48,265 bases of DNA, from assembly GCA_032718475.1 (NCBI GenBank), contig JAUCBJ010009138.1, positions 1 through 48,265 of the forward strand, written 5' to 3'. Below the pieces are notes generated by a model that worked only from the letters and a program-made list of their open reading frames with translations, was not told the DNA's origin and did no database searches. The position numbers and the translations under genes are program-made. This stretch comes from Nemertoderma westbladi (lineage: Eukaryota > Animalia > Xenacoelomorpha). How positions within the stretch are numbered: the stretch's first letter is position 1; each line of letters starts with the position of its first letter. This document shows positions 9,198-22,200 of this stretch, piece by piece.

Positions 9198-12100
9198 CAA
9201 CGAACAACGTCTCCGACACCGATGAGATGGACACCCGCACAGACTCGGAAGCCGACGAGGTACCGAATATCAAGAACATGACCCGTCGACTAGGTGCTCT
9301 CAAAGGCGGAGTCACTCGAGCGTATCAGCGTATAGAGAAACAACTCAAGAGAGTCGAAACTCCCCTCAACGAGATACAAACTCAGCTTCAGAATATCCGA
9401 AGTATCTTACAACGATATGAGAGGATGATACAGGCGTATCAAGAACTCGTTCCCTCCACCGATCAGGTAAACTACCCCAGGTTAGAAGAACATGTTGTAC
9501 ATCTAGATGAGTTCCGCAAACAACACCGGAGGACCCTCAGCCTTGTGAGAGGCTACGAAGAACAGTACTACAAGAGAGCTGAAAGAACAGACGCAGAATC
9601 GGTGCGAACCTCCAGCACCAGGACAGCAATACATCGAAAGAGAACGGGGTCCTCTAGGAACCAGCACTCCAGCGCTAGGAGCGCGGTGTCCGGTTCAGCA
9701 CACAGCTCTCAAGGGGGTCAGCCACTCCGGTCAGAACAGAAGGCATTAGCCCTCAAAGCTCGGATGGAAGATGAGTATGTTCAACTGCGAACCGAGCAAG
9801 ATGTATTAGCCGCCGAAATGCAAAACGAGAGGCCGAACAAGCGGCCGAACGGCAGGTTGAACAACGCGAACAGGAGGCTGAACAACATAGACAAGAGGCC
9901 GAACGGCAGGCCGAACAGCATAGACGAGAGGCCGAACAACGTGAACAGGAAGCTGAACAACGTGGACGAGAGGCCAAACAAGAGATCGAACAATGTAAAT
10001 GGGAAGCAGAAATGCGTAAACAACACGCCGAGGCCCAAGCGATTCTCATCCACAAAAAGAATGCGGATATTGCGAAACTCGCGGAATACGAAGCCGCGCT
10101 TTTAGAACGAGATATTCAAATATACGAGGACTGGGAAAGGGGTATAGACCAGAACTATGAACCAATACCGATACCAGAATTAGAGAAGTCCTTAACGACA
10201 CCGGCGGTGAAACCTCCGAAACCCGAGTTCCCGCCTACCATACAGTCTACGTTATTGGCACAAGCACCGGTATTCCATCCCCCACCGGTTACGCTTAAGA
10301 ATGAGGAACCTTATATCCCAGCCAACCCCACGGTCCCGAGCGTTCCCAAGTACGAGCCTGAAAAGGACTCGGAACGGGTCGCTACTCCTCGATCCAACAA
10401 CCCGTTTACATCCACACCACAAATCCGTAGCCGCGTCATCATTAAAACTCCACCTATCATCGATCCATCGTGCATGGGAGAGAGTGCCAATAACTATAAC
10501 CCTCCTAGTCATTCCGGTTCAGACGACGTTGGCATTATCCAGGCATTAGAGAACCGACTGGCCATGCCCAAGATGGAGATCCGCACCTTCGAAGGAGATC
10601 CCGTCGATTACCTCAGATTCAAGAAACGGTTTTTCGCGCAGATTGGATCAACGGACATAGCCGACGCACAAAAGCTAGTATATTTATCCCAATACCTGGG
10701 CGACAAACCACGCCGGATTATTGCATGCTTCGAGGGAGGAGCTCATGAGGCATACTATGACGCATGGAAAACTCTAGATAAAAGATACGGAAATATCGGG
10801 ACTATAATTAATAAAACTCTCGAGAAACTGATACAGGACGCGGGATCCCTAGGGGACCCACAGAATATCCAAGAATTCTCAGATTCGATGAAGGATGCCT
10901 ACTACACTCTAAAACCATTAAATAAGGAGGAACAAGTAAACAACATTCTAAACCTCCGACAGATCGCCCGGAAGTTCCCCGGATGGCTACAAAGTAAGTG
11001 GGCGTATAAATGCGTAGATCTCCGGCGCAGACACCCAGATCGATGATCCCAGTTTCCTCGAAATGTCGGCATTCCTGGACGATATCTCCGAAGCCATGAA
11101 TGACTCGATGTTCTCGAAACAGAGTCTCGCCAAGTTAGACGGAATAGAGAGCAACTCCAGGAGTAAGACGCCCACTCAGAAACCGAGATTCCGTCCCCCT
11201 CCGGTGAGTACGATGGCCATCACCATGGCCGAGGATTCCGATGACGAAGACTACGAGGAACCGACATCAGCCGAGGAATGGGCGTGTTACCTTGCGAATT
11301 GGGCACCCGAAAGGGGAGGCATCACAAACTCCCTTCTCTGTCTCTTCTGCGGAGAGAAACATAAAGTGGAATTCTGCAGGAAGTTCCAGTTTGCCGAACT
11401 CGTCCCACGCTTCGAGGCAATAATGAAACACCGAGGATGCTTCCGGTGTCTTGGAACAGGTCACTATGTTCGGGATTGCGACCAAAGATCATGCTGTGCG
11501 GTCTGTAATGACCTACGTCATCACACACTCCTCCACATCCCCACGAACTTTGACTTCACCACCCTCCCCTTTCGGATTGAAGCCAAACGAAGAGGAGAAA
11601 CGAACCACGTTTCTAAAGGAACCCGGACGACCCAACGGAGAGAAACCAACCCGTTTAAAACCTCCACCGATGCATCACAAGTAACAAATATCTCAGCCAC
11701 GATCAACCTTATAAATCGCCGTTACATGGTCTTCGCCAAAGTAATCCCAGTAAGAATTCAAGGGGTCGGGAAATCCTTGACAACGCTCGCGTTCCTTGAT
11801 AACGGGTCGGACGGAACCATCATCGACCGGGATTTCCTCGAGCAAATCGGCCTAGACTATGAACCTTGCAAACGGCCCATACAAACTATCACCGACCATA
11901 GAGAAGTAGAATCCGGGGAGGTGCAGCTCCAGATGGAAGGAGTAATGAAGGGCTACGAGACGGTTAAGCTGACAATCAAGAATGCCTTGGTACACACCGA
12001 TCTCCGAGTGCGGTTCCGACAATCAGCCGAATACGCCCCTCTCATACAGTTAGACCGGGAAGATGTAGACCTAAGGTGCCTGCCGTTGGACGTAAACCGC

Positions 12101-12511
12101 ATCACCCTATTGATCGGACTTGACACACCGGAATTACACATACCCACCGGAGACGTCGCCCGATCTATAAAGCAGGATGACGGCTTTTACGCTGAACGAA
12201 CAATAATGGGATGGACACTCTGCGGCATCAAGGAAGAGACTACAGACACCTATACATACCTTCCTAAATGTCAGATTAAAGAGAATGCAACCTCCGTGGG
12301 TTATTGTTCGGTGACCGACCTCCACTCACCATCACGGCGACACACCACGTTTGTAGCGAACCGAGCCACGGAGATAAAACAGTGCACCGGCCGAGAACAG
12401 TGGCACCATGTAAATGGGAAAGAAAACCCAGCTGACTTATCGAGCAGAGGCGCCACCCCACGACAGCTCGGTAAAAGTAAACTCTGGCTTACAGGCCCGA
12501 AATTCCTATAG
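9194..12511 (+). pseudogene. gag-pol: Element B gag-protease fused to an RNase H C-terminal remnant; frameshifts at ~9822 and ~11042; RT deleted at ~12320
   Basis: Coiled-coil Gag and DUF1759-like FEGDPVDYLRF...KLVYLSQYL. Knuckles CLFCGEKH..C, CFRCLGTGH..C and CAVCNDLRHHTLLH. Protease AFLDNGSDGT and RTIMGWTLCG, followed directly by FVANR...WHHVNGKENPADLSSRG. Confidence 0.92.
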
Positions 12512-14245
12512 CAGCCACAATTAACATGGAGTACCCGATTCGATCCCGAACTCGATAGCGGAAAATACTCCGAGGACGACAAAAAAGGCCGTAAAGTCCA
12601 TAGAAGCAGCGCAGTGGAAATCTATAGTTGTCTGACCGAGCCTGCAAAGGACTCGGGTAGGCACTATAACGTCGCGACAATCACTCAACCAGCGGCGTCT
12701 TTACATCTGTTGATCGAGCGAACTTCATCAATGAGACGGCTCATCCACCACATTATAACCCTTCGCTACTTCCTACGGTGGAAAGACAACAAGCCGATAG
12801 TTCAACGGAGTATACAAGAACTCATTATCGCGGAGAAGTGTATTGTTGGATATGTCCAGAGAGAAAGTTTCCCCGATGAGTGAGAACAACTCAGTGCGGG
12901 CAAGACCTTGAAACCGGACAACCCAGTCTACCAACTGAGACCAATGATGGGAGAGGACGGACTGATTCGACTGAATACCCGGATGGCAAACGCCCCGGTT
13001 GAATATGAGGTTAAATACCCAGCGCTTCTGCCCGGAATGTCGACACTAGCCAAGCTATTAATCCAACAGTGCCACGAGGAAAACCATCACGCAGGACAGA
13101 ACTGGATTATAGCTAATATACGACAAAGGTATTGGATCACCCACATCCAGCCACTGATCCGGAATGTGTTAAAACGTTGCTTTCCCTGCAGAAGATATCT
13201 AGCGCCACCACTCACACAAAAGATGGCCGACTTACCAGCCACCCATCTACAGTCCGATTCCCCACCGTTCTATGTAACCGGAGTAGACTGTTTCGGACCG
13301 TTTACAATCATCGAGCGACGATCCAACATCAAATGCTGGGGAGCCATCTTTACCTGCCTTAGGTCTAGGGCAATCTACCTAGACATCGTGGTGAACCTTA
13401 CGCAACACGCATTCATCAACGCCCTGCGTCGGTTTGTGGCGAACAATGGGACATGTCTTCATATGTACTCCGATAAAGGTACAAACTTTGTGGGAGGAGA
13501 AAGAGAACTTAGAGAGGCGATCGAGGGATGGTTTACCAAGGACACCGCATCCCAAGTCTGGAGGGACCACCATATACAGTGGCACTTCCAAACACCCTTA
13601 GCACCCCATACGAGCGGGGTATGGGAGAAGCTAATCGACTTAGTAAAACGATCTATGCGCGTCGCATTAGGAGACACCCGCGTAACCCATGACACCCTCC
13701 GCACAACATTCTGCGAGATCGCGGCTACCCTGAACAACCGGCCCATTGTCCCTATCCGCGACGACCCCACAGACCTGGAGCCTCTCACTCCTAACCACCT
13801 ACTGGGAAGACCCAAAACCCATATTCTCCCAGAGATGATGTTTCCGGATCCCAACGATATCGCGAGACATACAAATTGGAAGAAGGCCCAAGCGTTGGCG
13901 GCGCATTGGTGGAGAATCTGGGCCCAGGAGTACCTCATAACCCTCCGGACCAGGAGGAAGTGGAACAACACCTATAGGAATGTCGCGGTTGGCGACATGG
14001 CGCTAGTGAAAGAAGATCTCAAAGACCGCGTCCACTGGCCTGTGGCGCGAGTCGTGACAATACACCCGAGCAAAGACGGACTTGCGAGGACTGTGACGAT
14101 ACGAATGGCAAAGGGCCACTACCAACGCCATATCCAGAGGCTGTGCCTTCTTGAAGGCAATGACAGTGGTGACTCTACGAGAGGTGATATGTTCCCTACT
14201 CAGGATCCTGCTGCAGACATTGGTGACAATGCTAAACCCGTGTAA
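12512..14245 (+). pseudogene. pol: Element B integrase region (same frame, read through stops at 12509-12511 and 12881-12883)
   Basis: HHCC finger (HEENHH...CFPC), DDE core (GVDCFGP, SDKGTNFVG, GVWEKL), PLTPNHLL, and the BEL C-terminal domain (WAQEYL...WPVARV). Confidence 0.93.
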
Positions 14246-14518
14246 ACCCTTCTCATACTGTTGACAAACTCTTTTAAAATGTGATTTATCGACAATGAAA
14301 ATGGACACCCTTAAACCAACTGTAACCACGCAATGGTATTTGTGTTTCCTCGTGTGTTATGTGGAGTCCAGCGTCACCCTGCAGATGTTTCGACTGATGC
14401 AGTGTCGTTTATGTATTGTTAACCCTGATTTTGGTCAACAGGACCAACGACATTGGATTATTGGAAATGGTAAAGATTTGAAGTGGAATTCATTGTATTC
14501 ATTGTAGTATGTTATGTT

Positions 14519-14945
14519 GTCCGTTGCGTGCGCAGTTCGGGGCGTAGGCGGTGTAACTAGTCCAGCTGTAGATCCCGGATTGCCGCGCAACACCCCCTCT
14601 ATCCCGTTATTCTGGTGGGTCCATGGTGCATCCACATGACTTCGACGATAGAGGTTTTAAGTTTCTCAGTCGCGCTATTCTGGTGGGACCGTTCCGTGGA
14701 TTTTGGGGCGTAGGCGGTGTAACTAGTCCAGCTGTAGATCCCAGAATGTTGCGTAACCCCATCCCACATGACTTCGTCGGCTGAGCTTTATGTTGCTGGG
14801 AGTGTTATTCTGGTGGGTCCCTGGTGCATTCCACGTGACTTCACTTCCAGCGTCTTCATTGTCCGTTACGTGTGCAGTTTGGGGCGTAGGCGGTGTAACT
14901 AGCCCAGCTGTAGATCCCAGATTGCCGCGTAACACCCCTTCCACA
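14519..14945 (+). repeat. Three imperfect direct repeats between integrase and the accessory ORF
   Basis: GGGGCGTAGGCGGTGTAACTAG(T/C)CCAGCTGTAGATCCC at ~14539, 14705 and 14881. TATTCTGGTGGG also occurs three times. Confidence 0.85.
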
Positions 14946-15485
14946 ACGAAAATTTCCCAAAGAAGATGATTGAATGTAGTTGGAAATGATGAAAAGAAAC
15001 AGACGACATTATTATAAACTGAATGGTGACGCGTATGCTGATGAAAATGTAATGATGCGCACCCTGGTGCTGCGCTTATAACAAATGATGATAGCCGGGG
15101 GGCTATAACCCCAATGATGATGTGGAAATAAATGAAATGTGAAATGGTGGAAATAAATGATGAAATGTGTTGAAATAAATGAAATGTGAAATGAAATAAT
15201 AATGAGAAATGAAAAAAGACAAAAAAAAGGTATAAAAATGTAAAAAGAAAAGAATTGGAAAAAAGAAGAGGACATAAAAAGTCAAAACTGGTTGGATATT
15301 AATGTATAGCTATAGTAACTGTAAATGCTGAATGTATTAGCAATAAGATGGTAGATGCCTATATAGCAATGTTGTTTAATAAACTGAATTAAAAATAAAC
15401 TGAATTATTCTGCAATCACTATAGTATCAGACTTTCTAGACTTATAATTAACTGATATAAATTTGCAACGGACATAATTGTAAAT

Positions 15486-17686
15486 ATGGACCCAAATCGC
15501 CAAATTATCGGCGAATTACGTAATACGATAGATCTACTGCCTCAACCTGGATCCACAACCTGGAGCCCCTAACTTTGATACAAATTGGAGCACCCTGATA
15601 AATGAGAATGTGCGAGTCGTCAAATTCTCCGGGCGAGAGGGACCGGATTCCCGGAATCTACGAGCCCTCCGGTTGGCCGATGCTAGTACGAGACTGAAAA
15701 GAACTCGGAATGCAAAGGCTACCGGAGGGGATGAGTTGTCGTACTGGGATACGTTCTGGCAAAGCGTCTACAAATCCCAATGTTTGATATACGACAACGA
15801 GGGAAACGCAACGCCCACCTCGAAAGCGATGACGTTGGCGCGATGTCAAAGTTTCGTCGACGACAAGAGTACGTACTGGGGAAACCTAGCGGAGTGTACG
15901 GCGACGCTACGAGAGGAACGTATATCGGTTATCCAGAATCGCGACGACTACCAGGAGAAGTACGAGACGAAAGAATACGGTCGATCCTTGGTCGTCGTCT
16001 TCGGTACCCTGGACGGTTTGGTGTTGGTGTGTCGAATATTTCCGACACCCAGACAGGAGGTACGGACAGCCGGAGCGATCTGGCTACTACCGCCGGAGAT
16101 CCAAAAGATCCTCTTCGACTTCGACGTTATTAAAATCGGGTCGGATATAAAAGCGGACGTCCGTAACGACTACGCGAACGCTCCTTTCGGAAGAGACCGT
16201 AAAGAAGATCTCAATGCCATTAGTCACTGCATCGACACCCAGACACTACTAGCCTGGTTACGATCCGCCGAATTCATGCGAGGATTCCGCGAGGTGAGAC
16301 AGACGAAATCCGGGATCGGCTACCTCGCTGTGCTAAACGGCGGCATCGACTTTAAACCTCAGAAATTCCAGGACTATAATAAGATATATGGTGGATACCC
16401 GGGATTAGAAATAAGGAGCGAGCGAGAGAGTCGATGGAAGGACGTTGACAGGAGGTGGACGATACACCAAAGGTGGGAGAATCCCAATCGACGGAACTAC
16501 ATCTACGTTGTTATGGAGCCCTACACCGTCGCTAAGTTTATATGTAAAACTCTCGATAACCTCATTACGGCGGTTCCTCTTTCCTTTGTCGACTACGACT
16601 GGAACGAGGTTATAAACAACGCGTTCAAAGCGGTCGAGAATATTACACTGGGAGAGACAAAAACGTTCACCGTTATCGATTCCTGGGACGAGAACGGACC
16701 TTACAACATCCCTACGATTACCGATCTTCTCGGTGCGGAGGAGCCTCTGATTTCTTCGGAAGGGGAAGAACTATGGCTACATGAGGGCGTTCTACTGTCT
16801 ACCCCAAAGCGACCACTCGAGCCGGAAGCTGCGTATGAACCGGCCGCCAAATGGGTTGCCTCGGCCGAACCTGCGACGGAAGCAGGTGCTTCCACCCCAC
16901 TCGGCTCCGGTAGCCCTGCGAGGGAGTTAGTCACCACCTCCGCGTTGAGCGACTTTGGCGACATATGCCAGAGGTTATCCCCATATCCTTTCCCGGGTGG
17001 CGAAGACTGGTCGTCGGAGATTCCGAGTACCAGCAATCAACAGACCCGCTCAGCGATACTGGTCGAGAAGGGTCCTAGCGCTACGCCGACTCCCGAAGAT
17101 CTCCTTGGAATTCCTCCGTCGAAAACCCCGGCACCTCTGCGCCGACCAGCAGTGACAACTACCCCCTCCGTTCCACAGGATCCTATGCGATTAACCCGAT
17201 GGTACGCCGAGCAGACCGAATGGATCCACCGCCAGAAACGGTCGTCCGAGATGAGACTGGCAGGACATAAAGAAGGTTATCGGAGCGAGAACCTACTACG
17301 CCAAAGCCCAGCCTTCCGCGGGCTACCGGCCACCGCGAATATTCAAAAGAGCGACCGACGACTCGAGTATTACGTCGGCGTCTCAATTCCGATATTCCCC
17401 GGTCGAGAGATGCAGTTGGAGATATGCGCAAACTGCGGTTCGGAGCAGTGCCCACGTGGTAGACGAAATCGGGTTACCGATTCGTGCCTACAGCTCCTCG
17501 GGATCCTGTATTGCCCATACTGCGCGACATCGGGACATGATGTCTCGGTTTGTCCAATCCTTTATAACCTCTGCACAACTTGCGGTTTCCGTGGACATTC
17601 CACTAGCCCCCGCTGCTATATAAAATGTCCTACAAAAGACGTTACCACTATGGGAAATTAGGTCATGTTCGAAACATACGCAAACG
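15486..17686 (+). pseudogene. Element B accessory ORF: DEDDy 3'-5' exonuclease-like domain, Pro-rich linker, zinc knuckles
   Basis: Main frame 15610-17661. Probable true ATG at 15486 with a 1-nt frameshift at ~15549. ExoI IYDNEG, ExoII VIKIGSDIKAD, CIDTQ, GIGYLA, ExoIII W...YVVME, then CPYCATSGHDVSVCP and CTTCGFRGH. Truncated by the deletion into the 3' LTR. Confidence 0.78.
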
Positions 17687-18190
17687 GGGGTGGTACGGAT
17701 ACGCGACAGAGTCTACCGACTGGACCGACCCTTAGCCAAGCCGTACTGGTTCTCGATGATCGATCCCTTCGGGGTTCGGGAGGGGTGGTACGGACACGCA
17801 GCAGGGTCGACCAACACCGACACTACGGCACCAAGACTAGGACCGAGGGAAAATCTGGGGAACATTAGTTAGGCTAAAATCTGAGAGAACAGTGGGTAAT
17901 TAAATAATTTACTGTAGGGATTTATATTGTCGTGTATTATTATTGTGAATAATTTGGTGTATATTGGTTTGGGGAAGCCCAATTTATTCTCAATCAAGGT
18001 TCAACTGTAGGGAAGTTACATTAAAGAGTATATCCAACCAATGCAGCCTTTTCTCAACCGCAATCTTGCATTTAAGAACGGGTTCCTTCTCCACAATCAA
18101 TATCCGGTGACTGGCCGGGATTCCGTGGTCTGTAAAGTTCCGCCTCCAGCATCGGCGTTTTCCCCCATGGTGTCGGGAATAACGGCAACA
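17687..18190 (+). repeat. 3' LTR of element B (5'-truncated, 504 bp)
   Basis: Collinear with 8295-8798, about 6 substitutions by eye. Confidence 0.95.
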
Positions 18191-18995
18191 CGCAGAGATG
18201 GGATTTGATTTAAGGTGGTAAAAAGTATTTTTTCAATATTTTCTGGAAACCTTCCCATTACATTTAAAATTCGATGTAAAACAAATATGTATTCGAGCTG
18301 TACAAGTGGAACCTCAAATATTACATATTTCTTAAAGTAATGGCTCATGGGAGCATTTTTGAAAAAGAAAAAGTTTTTTTTCCTAAAATGGCCACACTTA
18401 CTTGAAATTTGCACTATTTGAGGTTCCACTTGTGTAGCTCAAAATTCAGTATACGGGTCGAAAATTTCATGACAATTGGATTTACAGATCTCGAGAAAAA
18501 GGAACGTGAATAAAATTAGGTCCGCAATATCGCGGAAGGAGTAAATGGAGCTGAAAGTCAAAATATATAGAATGTGCCATATTAATACATATACATATGA
18601 GTTTTGAAAGATTATGATTCATGTGATGTTAGTTGGATTTTCGGAATGAACATAAAATTCTGCTCTAGTGGGGAAATCTGGGAATAAAATTTCAAAATAA
18701 ATGAATTTCAAAAAATGATCTTATACGAATTACAAATGTCAATGCTGCATATATGCTGCATATATGCTGCATATAACAAAGACCAATCCGCCAAGGTAAT
18801 ATTTCATGAGCATAATTCAAACAAGAAAAGGGAATAACTGGAACATGTACTGGAAGTAGAACATGCCTCTTTAAAAAATGAGCCAAATTTTGAAAAATTG
18901 GCAAACCTCCGCTTTGATAAATTTCACCGAAAAATAATGCTTATAACTTTTGCATGCTTGGCATAAACCGTAAACATATATTATATTTGTTATAG

Positions 18996-19150
18996 GTGAC
19001 GGGGGACTGTGTTTCCCCAGAGATGACTATGTACGTTGACACTGACTACGGCGGAGATTCAGTTACCACTAATGGGCCACTTGCTTTCAATGCTCCCGCC
19101 GCCATCCAAATGGATAACAAGATATCTTCATTGAAGATCAGATGTGGGCA
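18996..19150 (+). CDS. Beta/gamma-crystallin-family gene, exon encoding Greek key 1 (upstream exon not identified)
   Basis: ttatag| ... |gtaagt. Translates VTGDCVSPEMTMYVDTDYGGDSVTTNGPLAFNAPAAIQMDNKISSLKIRCGQ with a phase-2 donor. Confidence 0.85.
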
Positions 19151-19267
19151 GTAAGTGAAGGGCTGAGCATAAAAAGGTCCTATATGACATTTTCTTAGAA
19201 TCAGAGTTCCACTCATACAGAGGTCCTATGAGAACTAACTTAACTAACCAATAAGGTTCTGAGATCA

Positions 19268-22200
19268 TATGAACAATACTGTCTGATATCCTGGAGTAAA
19301 ATAGTCCTATGTACAGTAAAAATCGCATAGACATAAACAAAAAAGGTCTTATGTACAATACTGCCTGATATCCTGGAGTAAAATAGTCCTATGTACAGTA
19401 AAAATCGCATAGACATAAACAAAAAAGGTCTTATGTACAATACTGCCTGATATCCTGGAGTAAAATAGTCCTATGTACAGTAAAAATCGCATAGACATAA
19501 ACAAAAAAGGTCTTTTTTACAATACTGCCTGATATCCTGGAGTAAAATAGTCCTATGTACAGTAAAAATCGCATAGACATAAACAAAAAAGGTCTTATGT
19601 ACAATACTGCCTGATATCCTGGAGTAAAATAGTCCTATGTACAGTAAAAATCGCATAGACATAAACAAAAAAGGTCTTATGTACAATACTGCCTGATATC
19701 CTGGAGTAAAATAGTCCTTATGTACAGTAAAAATCGCATAGACATAAACAAAAAAGGTCTTATGAACAATACTGCCTGATATCCTGGAGTAAAATAGTCC
19801 TATGTACAGAAAAAATCGCATAGACATAAACAAAAAAGGTCTTATGAACAATACTGCCTGATATCCTGGAGTAAAATAATCCTATGTACAGTAAAAATCG
19901 CATAGACATAAACAAAAAAGGTCTTATGTACAATACTGCCTGATATCCTGGAGTAAAATAGTCCTTATGTACAGTAAAAATCGCATAGACATAAACAAAA
20001 AAGGTCTTATGAACAATACTGCCTGATATCCTGGAGTAAAATAGTCCTATGTACAGTAAAAATCGCATAGACATAAACAAAAAAGGTCTTATGAACAATA
20101 CTGCCTGATATCCTGGAGTAAAATAGTCCTATGTACAGTAAAAATCGCATAGACATAAACAAAAAAGGTCTTATGAACAATACTGCCTGATATCCTGGAG
20201 TAAAATAGTCCTATGTACAGTAAAAATCGCATAGACATAAACAAAAAAGGTCTTATGTACAATACTGCCTGATATCCTGGAGTAAAATAGTCCTTATGTA
20301 CAGTAAAAATCGCATAGACATAAACAAAAAAGGTCTTATGTACAATACTGCCTGATATCCTGGAGTAAAATAGTCCTTATGTACAGTAAAAATCGCATAG
20401 ACATAAACAAAAAAGGTCTTATGAACAATACTGCCTGATATCCTGGAGTAAAATAGTCCTATGTACAGTAAAAATCGCATAGACATAAACAAAAAAGGTC
20501 TTATGAACAATACTGCCTGATATCCTGGAGTAAAATAGTCCTATGTACAGTAAAAATCGCATAGACATAAACAAAAAAGGTCTTATGTACAATACTGCCT
20601 GATATCCTGGAGTAAAATAGTCCTTATGTACAGTAAAAATCGCATAGACATAAACAAAAAAGGTCTTATGTACAATACTGCCTGATATCCTGGAGTAAAA
20701 TAGTCCTTATGTACAGTAAAAATCGCATAGACATAAACAAAAAAGGTCTTATGTACAATACTGCCTGATATCCTGGAGTAAAATAGTCCTTATGTACAGT
20801 AAAAATCGCATAGACATAAACAAAAAAGGTCTTATGTACAATACTGCCTGATATCCTGGAGTAAAATAGTCCTTATGTACAGTAAAAATCGCATAGACAT
20901 AAACAAAAAAGGTCTTATGAACAATACTGCCTGATATCCTGGAGTAAAATAGTCCTATGTACAGTAAAAATCGCATAGACATAAACAAAAAAGGTCTTAT
21001 GAACAATACTGCCTGATATCCTGGAGTAAAATAGTCCTATGTACAGTAAAAATCGCATAGACATAAACAAAAAAGGTCTTATGAACAATACTGCCTGATA
21101 TCCTGGAGTAAAATAGTCCTATGTACAGTAAAAATCGCATAGACATAAACAAAAAAGGTCTTATGTACAATACTGCCTGATATCCTGGAGTAAAATAGTC
21201 CTTATGTACAGTAAAAATCGCATAGACATAAACAAAAAAGGTCTTATGTACAATACTGCCTGATATCCTGGAGTAAAATAGTCCTATGTACAGTAAAAAT
21301 CGCATAGACATAAACAAAAAAGGTCTTATGAACAATACTGCCTGATATCCTGGAGTAAAATAGTCCTATGTACAGTAAAAATCGCATAGACATAAACAAA
21401 AAAGGTCTTATGTACAATACTGCCTGATATCCTGGAGTAAAATAATCCTATGTACAGTAAAAATCGCATAGACATAAACAAAAAAGGTCTTATGAACAAT
21501 ACTGCCTGATATCCTGGAGTAAAATAGTCCTATGTACAGAAAAAATCGCATAGACATAAACAAAAAAGGTCTTATTTACAATACTGCCTGATATCCTGGA
21601 GTAAAATAGTCCTATGTACAGAAAAAATCGCATAGACATAAACAAAAAAGGTCTTATGTACAATACTGCCTGATATCCTGGAGTAAAATAGTCCTTATGT
21701 ACAGTAAAAATCGCATAGACATAAACAAAAAAGGTCTTATGTACAATACTGCCTGATATCCTGGAGTAAAATAATCCTATGTACAGTAAAAATCGCATAG
21801 ACATAAACAAAAAAGGTCTTATGAACAATACTGCCTGATATCCTGGAGTAAAATAGTCCTATGTACAGAAAAAATCGCATAGACATAAACAAAAAAGGTC
21901 TTATTTACAATACTGCCTGATATCCTGGAGTAAAATAGTCCTATGTACAGAAAAAATCGCATAGACATAAACAAAAAAGGTCTTATGTACAATACTGCCT
22001 GATATCCTGCTGGAGTAAAATAGTCCTATGTACAGTAAAAATCGCATAGACATAAACAAAAAAGGTCTTATGTACAATACTGCCTGATATCCTGGAGTAA
22101 AATAGTCCTATGTACAGAAAAAATCGCATAGACATAAACAAAAAAGGTCTTATGTACAATACTGCCTGATATCCTGGAGTAAAATAGTCCTATGTACAGT

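Larger units (their letters stand above)
7304..18190 (+). mobile_element. BEL/Pao LTR retrotransposon element B (defective, RT deleted, extra exonuclease ORF)
   Basis: TGTT...AACA termini. 5-bp TSD CGCAG at 7299-7303 and 18191-18195. Domain order gag-PR-(RH remnant)-IN with BEL-specific triple knuckle. Confidence 0.95.

Noticed and set aside
9822-10105. N/R/P-rich C-terminus of the 303-aa ORF, or a programmed frameshift
   Set aside because: It is an out-of-frame reading of an E/Q/R coiled coil after a probable 1-nt loss in an A-run. There is no canonical slippery heptamer.
15610-17661. env gene, suggested by position
   Set aside because: No evident signal peptide, fusion peptide or TM anchor. 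Nuclease and knuckle motifs are present instead.
18736-18795. Candidate first exon of the crystallin gene (MSMLHICCIYAAYNKDQSAK|gtaata, phase 0)
   Set aside because: It is phase-compatible but built on an 11-bp micro-repeat and is not convincingly protein-like, so it is unsupported.
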